Made by a program: the position numbers and the translations under genes. A model generated the notes under the pieces. The model did no database searches. It was given only the letters and a program-made list of their open reading frames with translations, and was not told where the DNA came from. From positions 6,950-38,949 of the forward strand of contig JAFNIV010000010.1 in assembly GCA_017601145.1 (NCBI GenBank): 32,000 nucleotides of DNA. The letters are read 5' to 3'. The DNA comes from Candidatus Brockarchaeota archaeon. Lineage in GTDB: Archaea > Thermoproteota > EX4484-205 > JAAOZO01. Shown here piece after piece: positions 18,863 through 26,035 of this stretch. Each line of letters begins with the position of its first letter. Position 1 is the stretch's first letter.

Positions 18863-20263
18863 TTGTACGACGTAATAATTGGAGGGGCTGGACCAGCGGG
18901 AATATTTGCAGCTCTAGAATTCATAAGGCAAGCAGAAGATAAGAAAGACCTTAAAGTATTAGTTTTAGATATGGGGCCCGATGTAGAAAGAAGGTACTGT
19001 CCCTCAAGAGAATTGCATAAAACATGCATAAAATGCCCTATTTGTACTTTGCAAAGTGGATGGGGAGGTGCTGGAACATTTAGTGATGGTAAAATAACTT
19101 TAACGCCAAACGTAGGAGGTTGGTTAGCTGAACTTATTGGAAGTGAAGAACTTACAAAGATACTAAAAGATGTCGATAAATACTTTTTAGATTTTGGAGC
19201 TCCTAAAGAAATATACGGAGATGATGAAAACAAATTCGAATATTGGGATAAAAAAGCGAAACTTTCAGACCTTAAGCTTGAGAAGAACATTCTGAGACAC
19301 ATGGGCTCAGATATGAGCAAGCAAGTTCTCGTTAACATTAAGAACTTTGTTTCTAAGCATGTAGAGATTAAGTTAAGAACCAAGATTGAAGAAGTTGTTG
19401 TTGAAGGAAACAGAGTAAGAGGAGTAAAGCTAAAGTCTGGAGAAGTGGTAAATGCTAAAGCAGTTCTATTGGCGCCAGGTAGGATAGGTGCACAGTGGCT
19501 AAGTTCTGAAGCTAAGAGACTTAGAATAAAGACAAACAGAAACCCAGTAGATCTGGGAGTAAGAGTTGAGTTACCCTATGAAGTTATGGCACAGATAACA
19601 GACGATCTTTATGAACCAAAACTAAAATTTTTCTCAAAAACTTTTGACGATTACATAAGAACATTCTGTGTTAATCCGAGGGGAGAGGTAATTTCAGAGT
19701 TCTATGAAGACGTTGTTACTGTAAATGGGCATAGCTTGAAGAATGGATCTTCGGGCAATACGAACTTTGCAATACTAGTAAGCACTCATTTCACCGAACC
19801 TTTTAATGATCCAATAGCTTTTGGAAAGTCAATTGCTAAACTTGCAAATTTAATATCTAACGGTGTAATTGTTCAAAGGCTTTCAGATCTTCTTCAAGGA
19901 AGGAGAAGTACAAAAGAAAGAATAAGCAAGAGCATAATAGAACCTACTCTTAAGGATGCAACTCCAGGAGACCTAAGCTTTGTTCTTCCTCATAGAATAC
20001 TTACAGATATAATAGAAATGCTGAGAGCTTTAGATAGGCTTACTCCAGGTGTTGTTTCACAAAACACTTTACTTTATGGTGTTGAAGCAAAATTTTATTC
20101 CTCAAGAATAGAGACAGATGAACATCTACAAACCAGTGTAAAGGGTCTTTTTGTAGCAGGAGATGGAGCAGGAATAACTAGAGGAATAGCTCAAGCTGCC
20201 GCTTCTGGAATGCATGCTGCAAGAAGTATAACAGAACTATTGAGCAACAATGTCCTTGACTAA
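18863..20263 (+). CDS. FAD-dependent oxidoreductase/dehydrogenase (likely TTG start at 18863; ORF track extends to 18788)
   Basis: Rossmann motif YDVIIGGAGPAGIFAALEFI; GLFVAGDGAGITRGIAQAAASGMHAA near C-terminus; cysteine-rich CPSRELHKTCIKCPICTLQSGWGGAGTFSDGKITL. A G-rich ribosome-binding-like CGGGGG precedes the in-frame TTG. Confidence 0.85.
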   Translation: MYDVIIGGAGPAGIFAALEFIRQAEDKKDLKVLVLDMGPDVERRYCPSRELHKTCIKCPICTLQSGWGGAGTFSDGKITLTPNVGGWLAELIGSEELTKILKDVDKYFLDFGAPKEIYGDDENKFEYWDKKAKLSDLKLEKNILRHMGSDMSKQVLVNIKNFVSKHVEIKLRTKIEEVVVEGNRVRGVKLKSGEVVNAKAVLLAPGRIGAQWLSSEAKRLRIKTNRNPVDLGVRVELPYEVMAQITDDLYEPKLKFFSKTFDDYIRTFCVNPRGEVISEFYEDVVTVNGHSLKNGSSGNTNFAILVSTHFTEPFNDPIAFGKSIAKLANLISNGVIVQRLSDLLQGRRSTKERISKSIIEPTLKDATPGDLSFVLPHRILTDIIEMLRALDRLTPGVVSQNTLLYGVEAKFYSSRIETDEHLQTSVKGLFVAGDGAGITRGIAQAAASGMHAARSITELLSNNVLD

Positions 20264-20953
20264 GCCTAAGTTATACCCATCCAAAGTAGTTACGTTCATA
20301 TCTTCTATGCTTATGTTAAGCATCCTAAGAGCAGGCATTCTAAAGTTATCGTTGTTAACAGTTAGATAGCCTACGTAATTATTAAAGGCAGGCATTATTA
20401 TAACTTTTGGCTTCTTATTTATACGCTCTAACCACACTTGAATTGTATAACTGTAACCGGAGTTGTCAGTTATCTTTACCACTGGGTGGATATGACCCAA
20501 GATTATGTAATCTTTGCTTAAAGCTTCTTTTGGTAGCCTTGCATGTCCATGAGAAATCCAAGAGCCATTGACTTCAAAACCCATTACGTTATGTACTTTT
20601 ACTTTGCTTGGGAGAAGGCCAAGAATGTCACCATCATGATTTCCTGGAACTAAGTGAACTTCTTCCAAGTCTAAAAAAAGATTAAGAAAGTTTCTAGTTA
20701 CAACTAGAGATTCAAGTAAACTTATACCAGAAACCTTGTGTTTTAGATCGCCAGCAATGATTAGCTTTTTAAGCTTGTGAGTTTTAAGTAAGTTCAATAA
20801 CCTTTCTGAGAATTCAGAAGATTTTTCAGGAACGTTTATTCCTTTGTCTCTTAGTTCCTTCTCAAAACCAATATGAAGATCTGAAACAACTAAGTATTCG
20901 TTGTTTAGTATTAGCGCAGGCTCTCTAAACGTTTTTATTACTCCTTTGCTCAT
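20237..20953 (-). CDS. Calcineurin-like metallophosphoesterase (likely start ATG at 20953; the track's N-terminal 87 aa are antisense to the SWIM gene)
   Basis: NNEYLVVSDLHIGFEKEL..., IAGDLKHKVSG, VHLVPGNHDGDI, YIILGHIHPVVKI: metallophosphoesterase motifs. Confidence 0.88.
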   Translation of the reverse strand: MSKGVIKTFREPALILNNEYLVVSDLHIGFEKELRDKGINVPEKSSEFSERLLNLLKTHKLKKLIIAGDLKHKVSGISLLESLVVTRNFLNLFLDLEEVHLVPGNHDGDILGLLPSKVKVHNVMGFEVNGSWISHGHARLPKEALSKDYIILGHIHPVVKITDNSGYSYTIQVWLERINKKPKVIIMPAFNNYVGYLTVNNDNFRMPALRMLNISIEDMNVTTLDGYNLGLVKDIVAQ

Positions 20954-20972
20954 AGTAGTGCTAAAGAACTGA

Positions 20973-21374
20973 ATGAGTAAGGAATTAAAGGATTTTGCTA
21001 GTCTATGTGAAAAGATAAGAGAAAGAGGTTTTCTAACGAGCAATGATAAGGAAAATTTACAGAAATTTTTTGGGGAAAGAGCAGAAAGGGCACTAGAACT
21101 TGTTTTTTTAAACAGAGTAAAGAAGTACAAGTTTATGCCCTCAAACATAACGTTTTGGGTCGTCGTTGGAAAAACTAACGAGTACCTAGTAATTCCTGAA
21201 AGTAATTTTTGCACGTGTGATGATTTTTTGTTCTCTTTCTTTAAAGGTGAGCAGCCTTTTTGTAGTCACTTAATTGCGCAGAGAATTGCTGAAGCTCTTG
21301 GAGAAATAGAGGAAATAGCAGAATCTGACGACTACTACACTTCTCTAATAGATGAGTTTGTCAGCATAAAATAA
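20973..21374 (+). CDS. SWIM zinc finger domain protein
   Basis: YLVIPESNFCTCDDFLFSFFKGEQPFCSHLIAQRIAEA: CxC-xn-CxH SWIM motif. Confidence 0.82.
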   Translation: MSKELKDFASLCEKIRERGFLTSNDKENLQKFFGERAERALELVFLNRVKKYKFMPSNITFWVVVGKTNEYLVIPESNFCTCDDFLFSFFKGEQPFCSHLIAQRIAEALGEIEEIAESDDYYTSLIDEFVSIK

Positions 21375-21375
21375 C

Positions 21376-22002
21376 TTAGAGGAAAACTTTCTCAAGATAG
21401 CACATCAACATAGACAATACTACATTAGTTGTTAAAACTTTGTCGTAGATAGAAATAACTTCGTCTGAAATTTTTAAGATCTCGTTTCTTGGCCTCCCCT
21501 TTGCGTATGCCCCAACTAAGAAAGCTATTGGAGTACTTGACTTTAATGAAGTTAAGTATTGCTCTAGGTTTACATTATTTCCATGACTGCTTAGGAGAAC
21601 TATCTTTTTTATCCTTAAGCTACTAAGTGTATCCTTAAGTGTTAAGTTACTTATAAAAAGAAGAGGTCTTCCTTTAGGGGGAACTTGACCAAACTTAAGC
21701 AATTGGGAGAAAAGGCTAGAAAAATTAATGTAATTTCTTGGTGGCTTCCAAGAGTCCTTAACAAATATAATTTTATTCTCTATAGTGTGTATAATAAGAC
21801 CTACTTCCCCTCTAGAATAAAGAGGAAAGTCGCATACGTTCAATATTCCTACATGTGTAATGTCTGGTCTTCCTCTTCTTCCTAGGTCTTCTTGTCTCAT
21901 TTTTCTGAAGTGCTTTGAAACATCTAATAGCTCATTGTTTAAAAGCTCTAAGTTAGAGTCAAACAAAACAATCCAAATCTTCTTTTGCCCTTTTTTCATC
22001 AC
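21376..22002 (-). CDS. Nep1/Emg1-family rRNA pseudouridine N1-methyltransferase-like (SPOUT)
   Basis: LGRRGRPDITHVGILNVCDFPLYSRGEVGLIIHTIENKIIFVKDSWKPPRNYINFSSLFSQLLK... SPIAFLVGAYAKGR-like end: characteristic RGRPDI and RxPRNYxxF pattern. Confidence 0.82.
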   Translation of the reverse strand: MMKKGQKKIWIVLFDSNLELLNNELLDVSKHFRKMRQEDLGRRGRPDITHVGILNVCDFPLYSRGEVGLIIHTIENKIIFVKDSWKPPRNYINFSSLFSQLLKFGQVPPKGRPLLFISNLTLKDTLSSLRIKKIVLLSSHGNNVNLEQYLTSLKSSTPIAFLVGAYAKGRPRNEILKISDEVISIYDKVLTTNVVLSMLMCYLEKVFL

Positions 22003-22093
22003 TAGAAAACTCAGAAAGAATAAAAACTTAAATTTTTAGTTATAAACAATCAAAAATTAAAAAAGTATGAAGTAAGTTCTTTTTCTACGGGTC

Positions 22094-22585
22094 GTGAGAA
22101 GAAACAGTTATAAATTGCTTTACTTAAAAGATGGGACAAAATTGGTTACAGTTTTTGATATTGAAGGGCAAACGTTCGTCGAAATTCTTGCTGAGTTACT
22201 AAAGAGTAGGTATGGAGAGATAGTAAAGCCTCCGACATGGGCATATTTCGCGAAGACAGCACATTTTAAGAATAATCCACCTTCGGACACAGACTGGTGG
22301 TACAAGAGAGCAGCTTCAATACTGAGAACACTTTATATTAAAGGGCCAATAGGTGTTTCAAGGCTAAGAAAGAAGTACGGAGGAAGAAAAGATTCACCCA
22401 TGAGAAAAGCTCATTTTCACAGGGCTGCAGGAAACCATATAAGGAAAATACTTCAACAGTTAGAAAGAGTGGAGCTTGTAACAGCTTCTAAGAAAGGAAG
22501 AAATCTAACTCCAAAGGGTGTAAGTTTACTTGATTCTTTGGCAGCTTCAATAACAAAGAATCAAAATGTGGAGGTGAAGAGTTAA
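22094..22585 (+). CDS. rps19e: Ribosomal protein S19e (eS19)
   Basis: PPTWAYFAKTAHFKNNPPSDTDWWYKRAASILRTLYIKGPIGVSRLRKKYGGRK. Confidence 0.95.
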   Translation: MRRNSYKLLYLKDGTKLVTVFDIEGQTFVEILAELLKSRYGEIVKPPTWAYFAKTAHFKNNPPSDTDWWYKRAASILRTLYIKGPIGVSRLRKKYGGRKDSPMRKAHFHRAAGNHIRKILQQLERVELVTASKKGRNLTPKGVSLLDSLAASITKNQNVEVKS

Positions 22586-22608
22586 CGACCATCTCTGAGG
22601 GATATGAG

Positions 22609-22935
22609 ATGAACGAAGAAGAACTAAATGAAATTACTAAAAGAAGAGAGAAAGAACTACTGGAAGCACTAAGAAGAAGAGAGGTAGAAGAAGAAAAGAG
22701 GAAAGAGGAAGAAGAAAGAAAAAAGGCGCTTGCTAGGGTAGTTTTTTCTCCAGAAGCTAGACAAAGGCTTGCGAACCTTAGGTTAGTAAAACCTCAACTA
22801 GTAGAACAACTAGAAACATACTTAATCGCACTTGCCCAACAAGGAAAGCTTCCAGTTCCTTTGGACGATGAAACGCTAAAAAAGATACTTTATCAACTTA
22901 CCCGAGAAAAAAGAGAAACAAGGATAAAGTGGTAA
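22609..22935 (+). CDS. PDCD5-related DNA-binding protein
   Basis: SPEARQRLANLRLVKPQLVEQLETYLIALAQQGKLPVPLDDETLKKILYQL. Confidence 0.92.
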   Translation: MNEEELNEITKRREKELLEALRRREVEEEKRKEEEERKKALARVVFSPEARQRLANLRLVKPQLVEQLETYLIALAQQGKLPVPLDDETLKKILYQLTREKRETRIKW

Positions 22936-22938
22936 GAA

Positions 22939-23079
22939 ATGACGAGCAGGAAAAAAGCAATTTTAAAGGCAAGGCTCATGGCAAAGGCTCGGCGTGCCTT
23001 TGGAGTTCCAGCTTGGATCATTCTAAAAACAAATAGGAAAGTGAGGATTAGTTATAGGAGAAGACATTGGAGAAGGTAA
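22939..23079 (+). CDS. rpl39e: Ribosomal protein L39e (eL39)
   Basis: Not in the ORF track (too short). Manual translation of ATG 22939-TAA 23079: MTSRKKAILKARLMAKARRAFGVPAWIILKTNRKVRISYRRRHWRR*; VPAWIILKTNRKV...RRRHWRR is the L39e signature; sits between PDCD5 and L31e. Confidence 0.9.
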   Translation: MTSRKKAILKARLMAKARRAFGVPAWIILKTNRKVRISYRRRHWRR

Positions 23080-23091
23080 GGGAGATGGAAA

Positions 23092-23352
23092 ATGTCAAGT
23101 GAAAAAGAGAAAATCTTAACTGTAAACCTTTCAAAGGCCTTAAGAGCACCATTAAAAATTAGAGCAAAAAAAGCAGTGAAGCTAGTAAGAGAATACGTTG
23201 CAAGAGCATTAAAAATTAAAGAAGTTGTTTTAGACAGCAACTTAAACGAAGCTATTTGGAGACACTCAATTTCAAAACCTCCTAGGAAAATAAAAATAAA
23301 GGTAGAGGTTGAAGAAGAAACTGCAAAGGTTTCTCTAGCAGAAAAGACTTAG
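23092..23352 (+). CDS. rpl31e: Ribosomal protein L31e (eL31)
   Basis: ILTVNLSKALRAPLKIRAKKAVKLVREYVARALKIKEVVLDSNLNEAIWRHSISKPPRKIKIKV. Confidence 0.92.
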   Translation: MSSEKEKILTVNLSKALRAPLKIRAKKAVKLVREYVARALKIKEVVLDSNLNEAIWRHSISKPPRKIKIKVEVEEETAKVSLAEKT

Positions 23353-23361
23353 GTAAGTACG

Positions 23362-24027
23362 TTGCCGATAAGAGTCTTTAAAGTATCAATAAGGAAAAAT
23401 CCTTTCATTGGAGCATATGTAGCGCTTCATAATAATAGAGCTTTAGTTTCACCAGTAGTTACACAATCCTTTAAGAAAAACTTAATGGAAATTTTGGGAG
23501 TTGAGTATGTCGCAAGTTCGACGGTTGGTCTTGTTTATTCAGTAAACGTAATGGTGGCCATGAATTCAAATGGAATAGTACTACCAAAAACAACAAGCGA
23601 AGAAGAGCTTAAAGAAATTTCAAAACTTGGTATTCCAAAGTTTGTAGTTCAAAGTAAAATTTTGGCTTGGGGAAATTTGGTTGTTGCAAACGATAAAGGA
23701 TGCATTATTTCAGAATACGTTCCAGATGAAGAAGCTTCGAAGATTGCCGATTTTTTAGGAGTTGATTGGTTAAAGATTTCTGTTGGGAACTACCGTTCAA
23801 TCGGACCTTTCTTTGCAGTTTCGAACGAATTCGGACTAGCATCAAACTTAGTTAAGCCTGAAACATTAGAGAAGGTGACAGAAGTTCTTAAGATAAAAAT
23901 CATACCAACAACTCTAAATGGAGGAGAAATGCTAGTTAAGCTTGGAGCTCTAGTGCATGACAAAGCAATATTGGTTGGTAAAAGAACAAGTGGAGCAGAA
24001 CTCCTAAATATTTCTTCACTTAACTAA
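23362..24027 (+). CDS. eif6: Translation initiation factor 6 (aIF6)
   Basis: SIRKNPFIGAYVALHNNRALVSP...YVASSTVGLVYSVNVMVAMNSNGIVLP...NGGEMLVKLGALVHDKAILVG; TTG start. Confidence 0.9.
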   Translation: MPIRVFKVSIRKNPFIGAYVALHNNRALVSPVVTQSFKKNLMEILGVEYVASSTVGLVYSVNVMVAMNSNGIVLPKTTSEEELKEISKLGIPKFVVQSKILAWGNLVVANDKGCIISEYVPDEEASKIADFLGVDWLKISVGNYRSIGPFFAVSNEFGLASNLVKPETLEKVTEVLKIKIIPTTLNGGEMLVKLGALVHDKAILVGKRTSGAELLNISSLN

Positions 24028-24048
24028 AAAGAAAGCATTAAATAAAAA

Positions 24049-24056
24049 TTTAAATA
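24049..24056 (+). promoter_or_regulatory. Putative TATA box of the tRNA-Asp gene (TTTAAATA)
   Basis: AT-rich octamer 28-35 nt upstream of the mature tRNA 5' end, the expected archaeal TATA spacing. Confidence 0.55.
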
Positions 24057-24122
24057 CAGATTGTTAAAGTAGCTTTAACTTGAGCCCCGGTAGTACAGCC
24101 CGGTTAGTATAGTCGGCTGTCA

Positions 24123-24138
24123 ATTGTTGAAAGCAGAT
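24123..24138 (+). other. tRNA-Asp intron 1 (position 37/38), 16 nt ATTGTTGAAAGCAGAT
   Basis: Bulge-helix-bulge geometry: 4-bp helix CTGT (24117-24120) : GCAG (24133-24136), 3-nt bulges CA|A and AT|C, outer helix CGG:CCG. Confidence 0.85.
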
Positions 24139-24159
24139 CCCGACTGACTCGGGTTCAAA

Positions 24160-24175
24160 AGCAGAACGCTGAGAT
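24160..24175 (+). other. tRNA-Asp intron 2 (T-loop, position 59/60), 16 nt AGCAGAACGCTGAGAT
   Basis: 4-bp helix TTCA (24154-24157) : TGAG (24170-24173), bulges AA|A and AT|T, outer helix is the T-stem GGG:CCC; removal leaves a canonical 7-nt T-loop TTCAAAT. Confidence 0.85.
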
Positions 24176-24598
24176 TCCCGACCGGGGCGCATGTTTTTAA
24201 ATAAAGTAAAGATTAAAGAACTTACAGATTTTTAAGACAAAAAACTAAACTTGAAAGAAAAGAATTTATATATACAACATAGGAAATTCTCCGTCTGAAC
24301 AATACAAAAATATTCGCAGTTATAGTTTTAAGTAGCTCTTTCAAAAGCAATTTAAGGTAGCACTTTGTTTCTTATGAAAAGAACTTTAGAAGATAAAAAT
24401 TCAACGAACAAAGATTAGTATCTTAGAAGAAAGACTCTTCTGATTTTAATCGAAGTACCAAAGCTGACGTTATAGAATATATGCTCAGGATAGCATTATG
24501 TTATTGCAACGATAAATTCCAACAACCCACAAACTAAAAACTATATCTTATCTTAAAATTAATTCTACTTTTAACTTTCTTAAGTCCCCGGGGCTGGA

Positions 24599-24617
24599 CT
24601 TTCAGGAGAAACTCCCT
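24599..24617 (-). other. tRNA-Tyr intron 2 (T-loop, position 59/60), 19 nt AGGGAGTTTCTCCTGAAAG
   Basis: 4-bp helix TTCA:TGAA, bulges AA|A and AG|T; inner GGG:TCC helix; removal leaves T-loop TTCAAAT. Confidence 0.87.
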
Positions 24618-24639
24618 TTTGAACCAGCGACGGTCCGGT

Positions 24640-24689
24640 ATCTATTTTTAGCCTGGTTGGCTGACACGGCCTAGCACAAGGCTAAGCGT
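24640..24689 (-). other. tRNA-Tyr intron 1 (position 37/38), 50 nt
   Basis: 4-bp helix CTGT:ATAG, bulges AG|A and AT|A; intron contains a perfect 7-bp stem TTAGCCT...AGGCTAA. Confidence 0.87.
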
Positions 24690-24755
24690 CTACAGCCGGA
24701 AGCTCTTCCAGGCTGAGCTACCCGGGGACTGGATTACTTGATTAGTAAAAAGTAG

Positions 24756-24763
24756 TAAATAAA
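24756..24763 (-). promoter_or_regulatory. Putative TATA box of the tRNA-Tyr gene
   Basis: Minus-strand TTTATTTA about 29-36 nt upstream of the tRNA 5' end at 24727, the same spacing as for tRNA-Asp. Confidence 0.5.
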
Positions 24764-24851
24764 TTTTTCGACCTATAAAAATAAAAGACTGTAGCTTAGG
24801 ATTTAGTATCTTCTAGAGCAATTTTTGATAGAACTAGTGAACTACCCCTCG

Positions 24852-25004
24852 CTATCGCAAGGAGCTTCCTGCTTCCACGGACAGACTCGATCTCCACTCA
24901 CCCACAGCGGAGGCCTCGGCAAGTGAGACCGTTTCGAGGAACCCGTGTGGAAGGTGGGTTACGGAGGTCTTGCCCTCAGCAGGCGTCTCTTTCGGCCTGT
25001 CCCA
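24852..25004 (-). pseudogene. TnpB C-terminal remnant inside the short element
   Basis: Minus-strand frame reads AWDRPKETPAEGKTSVTHLPHGFLETVSLAEASAVGEWRSSLSVEAGSSLR*, alignable at both ends with the IS TnpB tail GWDSPDSPAETKPLLVEIPASSIVEAGSSLR*. Confidence 0.75.
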
Positions 25005-25024
25005 TGCCTACTAGGTAGTAGGCA
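25005..25024. repeat. Perfect 8-bp hairpin TGCCTACT-AGGT-AGTAGGCA
   Basis: Read directly from sequence; sits between the conserved end and the TnpB remnant. Confidence 0.8.
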
Positions 25025-25173
25025 CTTTTCGGCTTTCATCCCCCTGCGAAAGCTGGGGGACTTCCCGCCATCAAAGTTAAATATTTTTTGAAAGACATAA
25101 AAATACTTCAGGATAGCCTCTTCAGCAGTTTCAAAATAGAAATGTTTAATAGCGGTCTAACTCCCTTAACTCT

Positions 25174-25404
25174 TTGATGAAAGAAGAACTCTTACGCCCT
25201 CTCTGTTCTGGAAGCATGGCTTCCTATGAGGGCAGGTTTATGAAATGCGAAGAATGTAACATAATCTTAGATAGAGACGTTGTAGCGGTATTGAACCTTC
25301 AGATGCGGGGAGAAGGGTTCCCCCAAAGAGCCCTCAATGAAATAATCGAGAGGGAAGGGTTGAGTAGGAATGAAAATAACAATTCACTATGTATTCCTAC
25401 TTAA
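25174..25404 (+). pseudogene. Remnant of a different TnpB (zinc-finger/C-terminal part) on the opposite strand
   Basis: RPLCSGSMASYEGRFMKCEECNIILDRDVVAVLNLQMRGEGFPQRALNE: TnpB zinc finger plus DRD motif. The first Cys position reads Arg (CGC), and no upstream RuvC domain is visible. Confidence 0.8.
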
Positions 25405-25564
25405 CTCAGAACCCTCTATCATTCCTTTTTGGTTCTTCATACTCCTAAACCTATTTCCGTACAAGCTGTGTTCAATGCTCTATAGATGGCTCCCACAATA
25501 AATAGACGATGGTCTTTAGTTAAAGAGATTATTTTCTTGTCAAATTTTATGTAAATATGTTAAG

Positions 25565-26035
25565 TTAAAAAGTTAAGTAGAGTCTATCTCCCTTTCTATG
25601 CAAGTTTTTGATAACTTTTCCCTTCCCTCCAGTTACTATTTCAGAAGAGTTAACTAGAGCAGCTCCAACAGCTATCAGCATAAGTTCCTTAGAAAAAATT
25701 GCTACTGCATCATCCTTTTTGAAACTATTAAACTTAACAATTCCAGGCATCATTACATCTGCACCATTTAGTACTGGGTTTACCGCATTCTCGTCTATCA
25801 TTACAGCAGGACACTTTGTTGTTTTTCCTAAGCTAAGCATATGCGGAATTATTTTTCCATCATTGAAGATAATTAAAGTTGGGTTTGCATCTATAAGTAA
25901 AAGTTTCTCTTCTTGTAGTTCAACAATTTCAGCTAAGTTGAATTTCTCGAAGCTAAAAGTTATTCCTTTTTGTTTTGCATCTTCTAGTATCTTTTTAGCT
26001 TCTTTTCTTCTAATTGGGATTCTCTTTACTTTCAT
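25565..26035 (-). CDS. PUA-domain RNA-binding protein (MCT-1/archaeal PUA family)
   Basis: IIFNDGKIIPHMLSLGKTTKCPAVMIDENAVNPVLNGADVMMPGIV...KGKVIKNLHRKGD: PUA-like domain. Confidence 0.82.
   Translation of the reverse strand: MKVKRIPIRRKEAKKILEDAKQKGITFSFEKFNLAEIVELQEEKLLLIDANPTLIIFNDGKIIPHMLSLGKTTKCPAVMIDENAVNPVLNGADVMMPGIVKFNSFKKDDAVAIFSKELMLIAVGAALVNSSEIVTGGKGKVIKNLHRKGDRLYLTF

Larger units (their letters stand above)
24084..24189 (+). tRNA. tRNA-Asp(GTC) with two introns (16 nt in anticodon loop, 16 nt in T-loop); no encoded CCA
   Basis: Acceptor GCCCCGG/CCGGGGC; D-arm GTAC-AGCCCGGTTA-GTAT; anticodon stem GTCGG/CCGAC with loop CTGTCA|..|C (anticodon GTC); T-stem TCGGG/CCCGA with loop TTCAAA|..|T; mature length 74 nt after removing 24123-24138 and 24160-24175. 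Confidence 0.9.
24585..24727 (-). tRNA. tRNA-Tyr(GTA) with two introns (50 nt in anticodon loop, 19 nt in T-loop)
   Basis: Minus strand: acceptor CCCCGGG/CCCGGGG; D-arm GCTC-AGCCTGGAA-GAGC; anticodon stem TCCGG/CCGGA with loop CTGTAG|..|A (anticodon GTA); variable CCGTC; T-stem GCTGG/CCAGC with loop TTCAAA|..|T; mature length 74 nt. Confidence 0.9.
24836..25081 (-). mobile_element. Non-autonomous (MITE/PATE-like) internally deleted derivative of an IS200/IS605-type element
   Basis: 246 bp; left 40 bp (24836-24875) identical to 1297-1336; right 56 bp (25026-25081) matches 2829-2884 except for a 10-bp core that is inverted. No tnpA. Confidence 0.85.

Noticed and set aside
18784-19383. Minus-strand 199-aa ORF antisense to the FAD-dependent oxidoreductase
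   Set aside because: The plus strand has clear Rossmann/FAD motifs; the minus ORF has no recognisable features.
20954-21214. N-terminal extension of the phosphoesterase ORF
   Set aside because: Antisense to the SWIM gene and lacking homology-like character; ATG at 20953 precedes the conserved domain.
24585-24735. GC-rich structured region initially considered as a possible RNase P, SRP-like or other novel ncRNA, or a permuted tRNA
   Set aside because: The minus strand resolves completely into a tRNA-Tyr with two introns in normal order; no need to invoke another RNA.
24876-25030. GC-rich stretch considered as an unrelated novel ncRNA
   Set aside because: The minus-strand frame encodes a recognisable TnpB C-terminus and both flanks match the IS ends, so it is primarily a mini-element; a possible omega-RNA role is kept as a finding instead.
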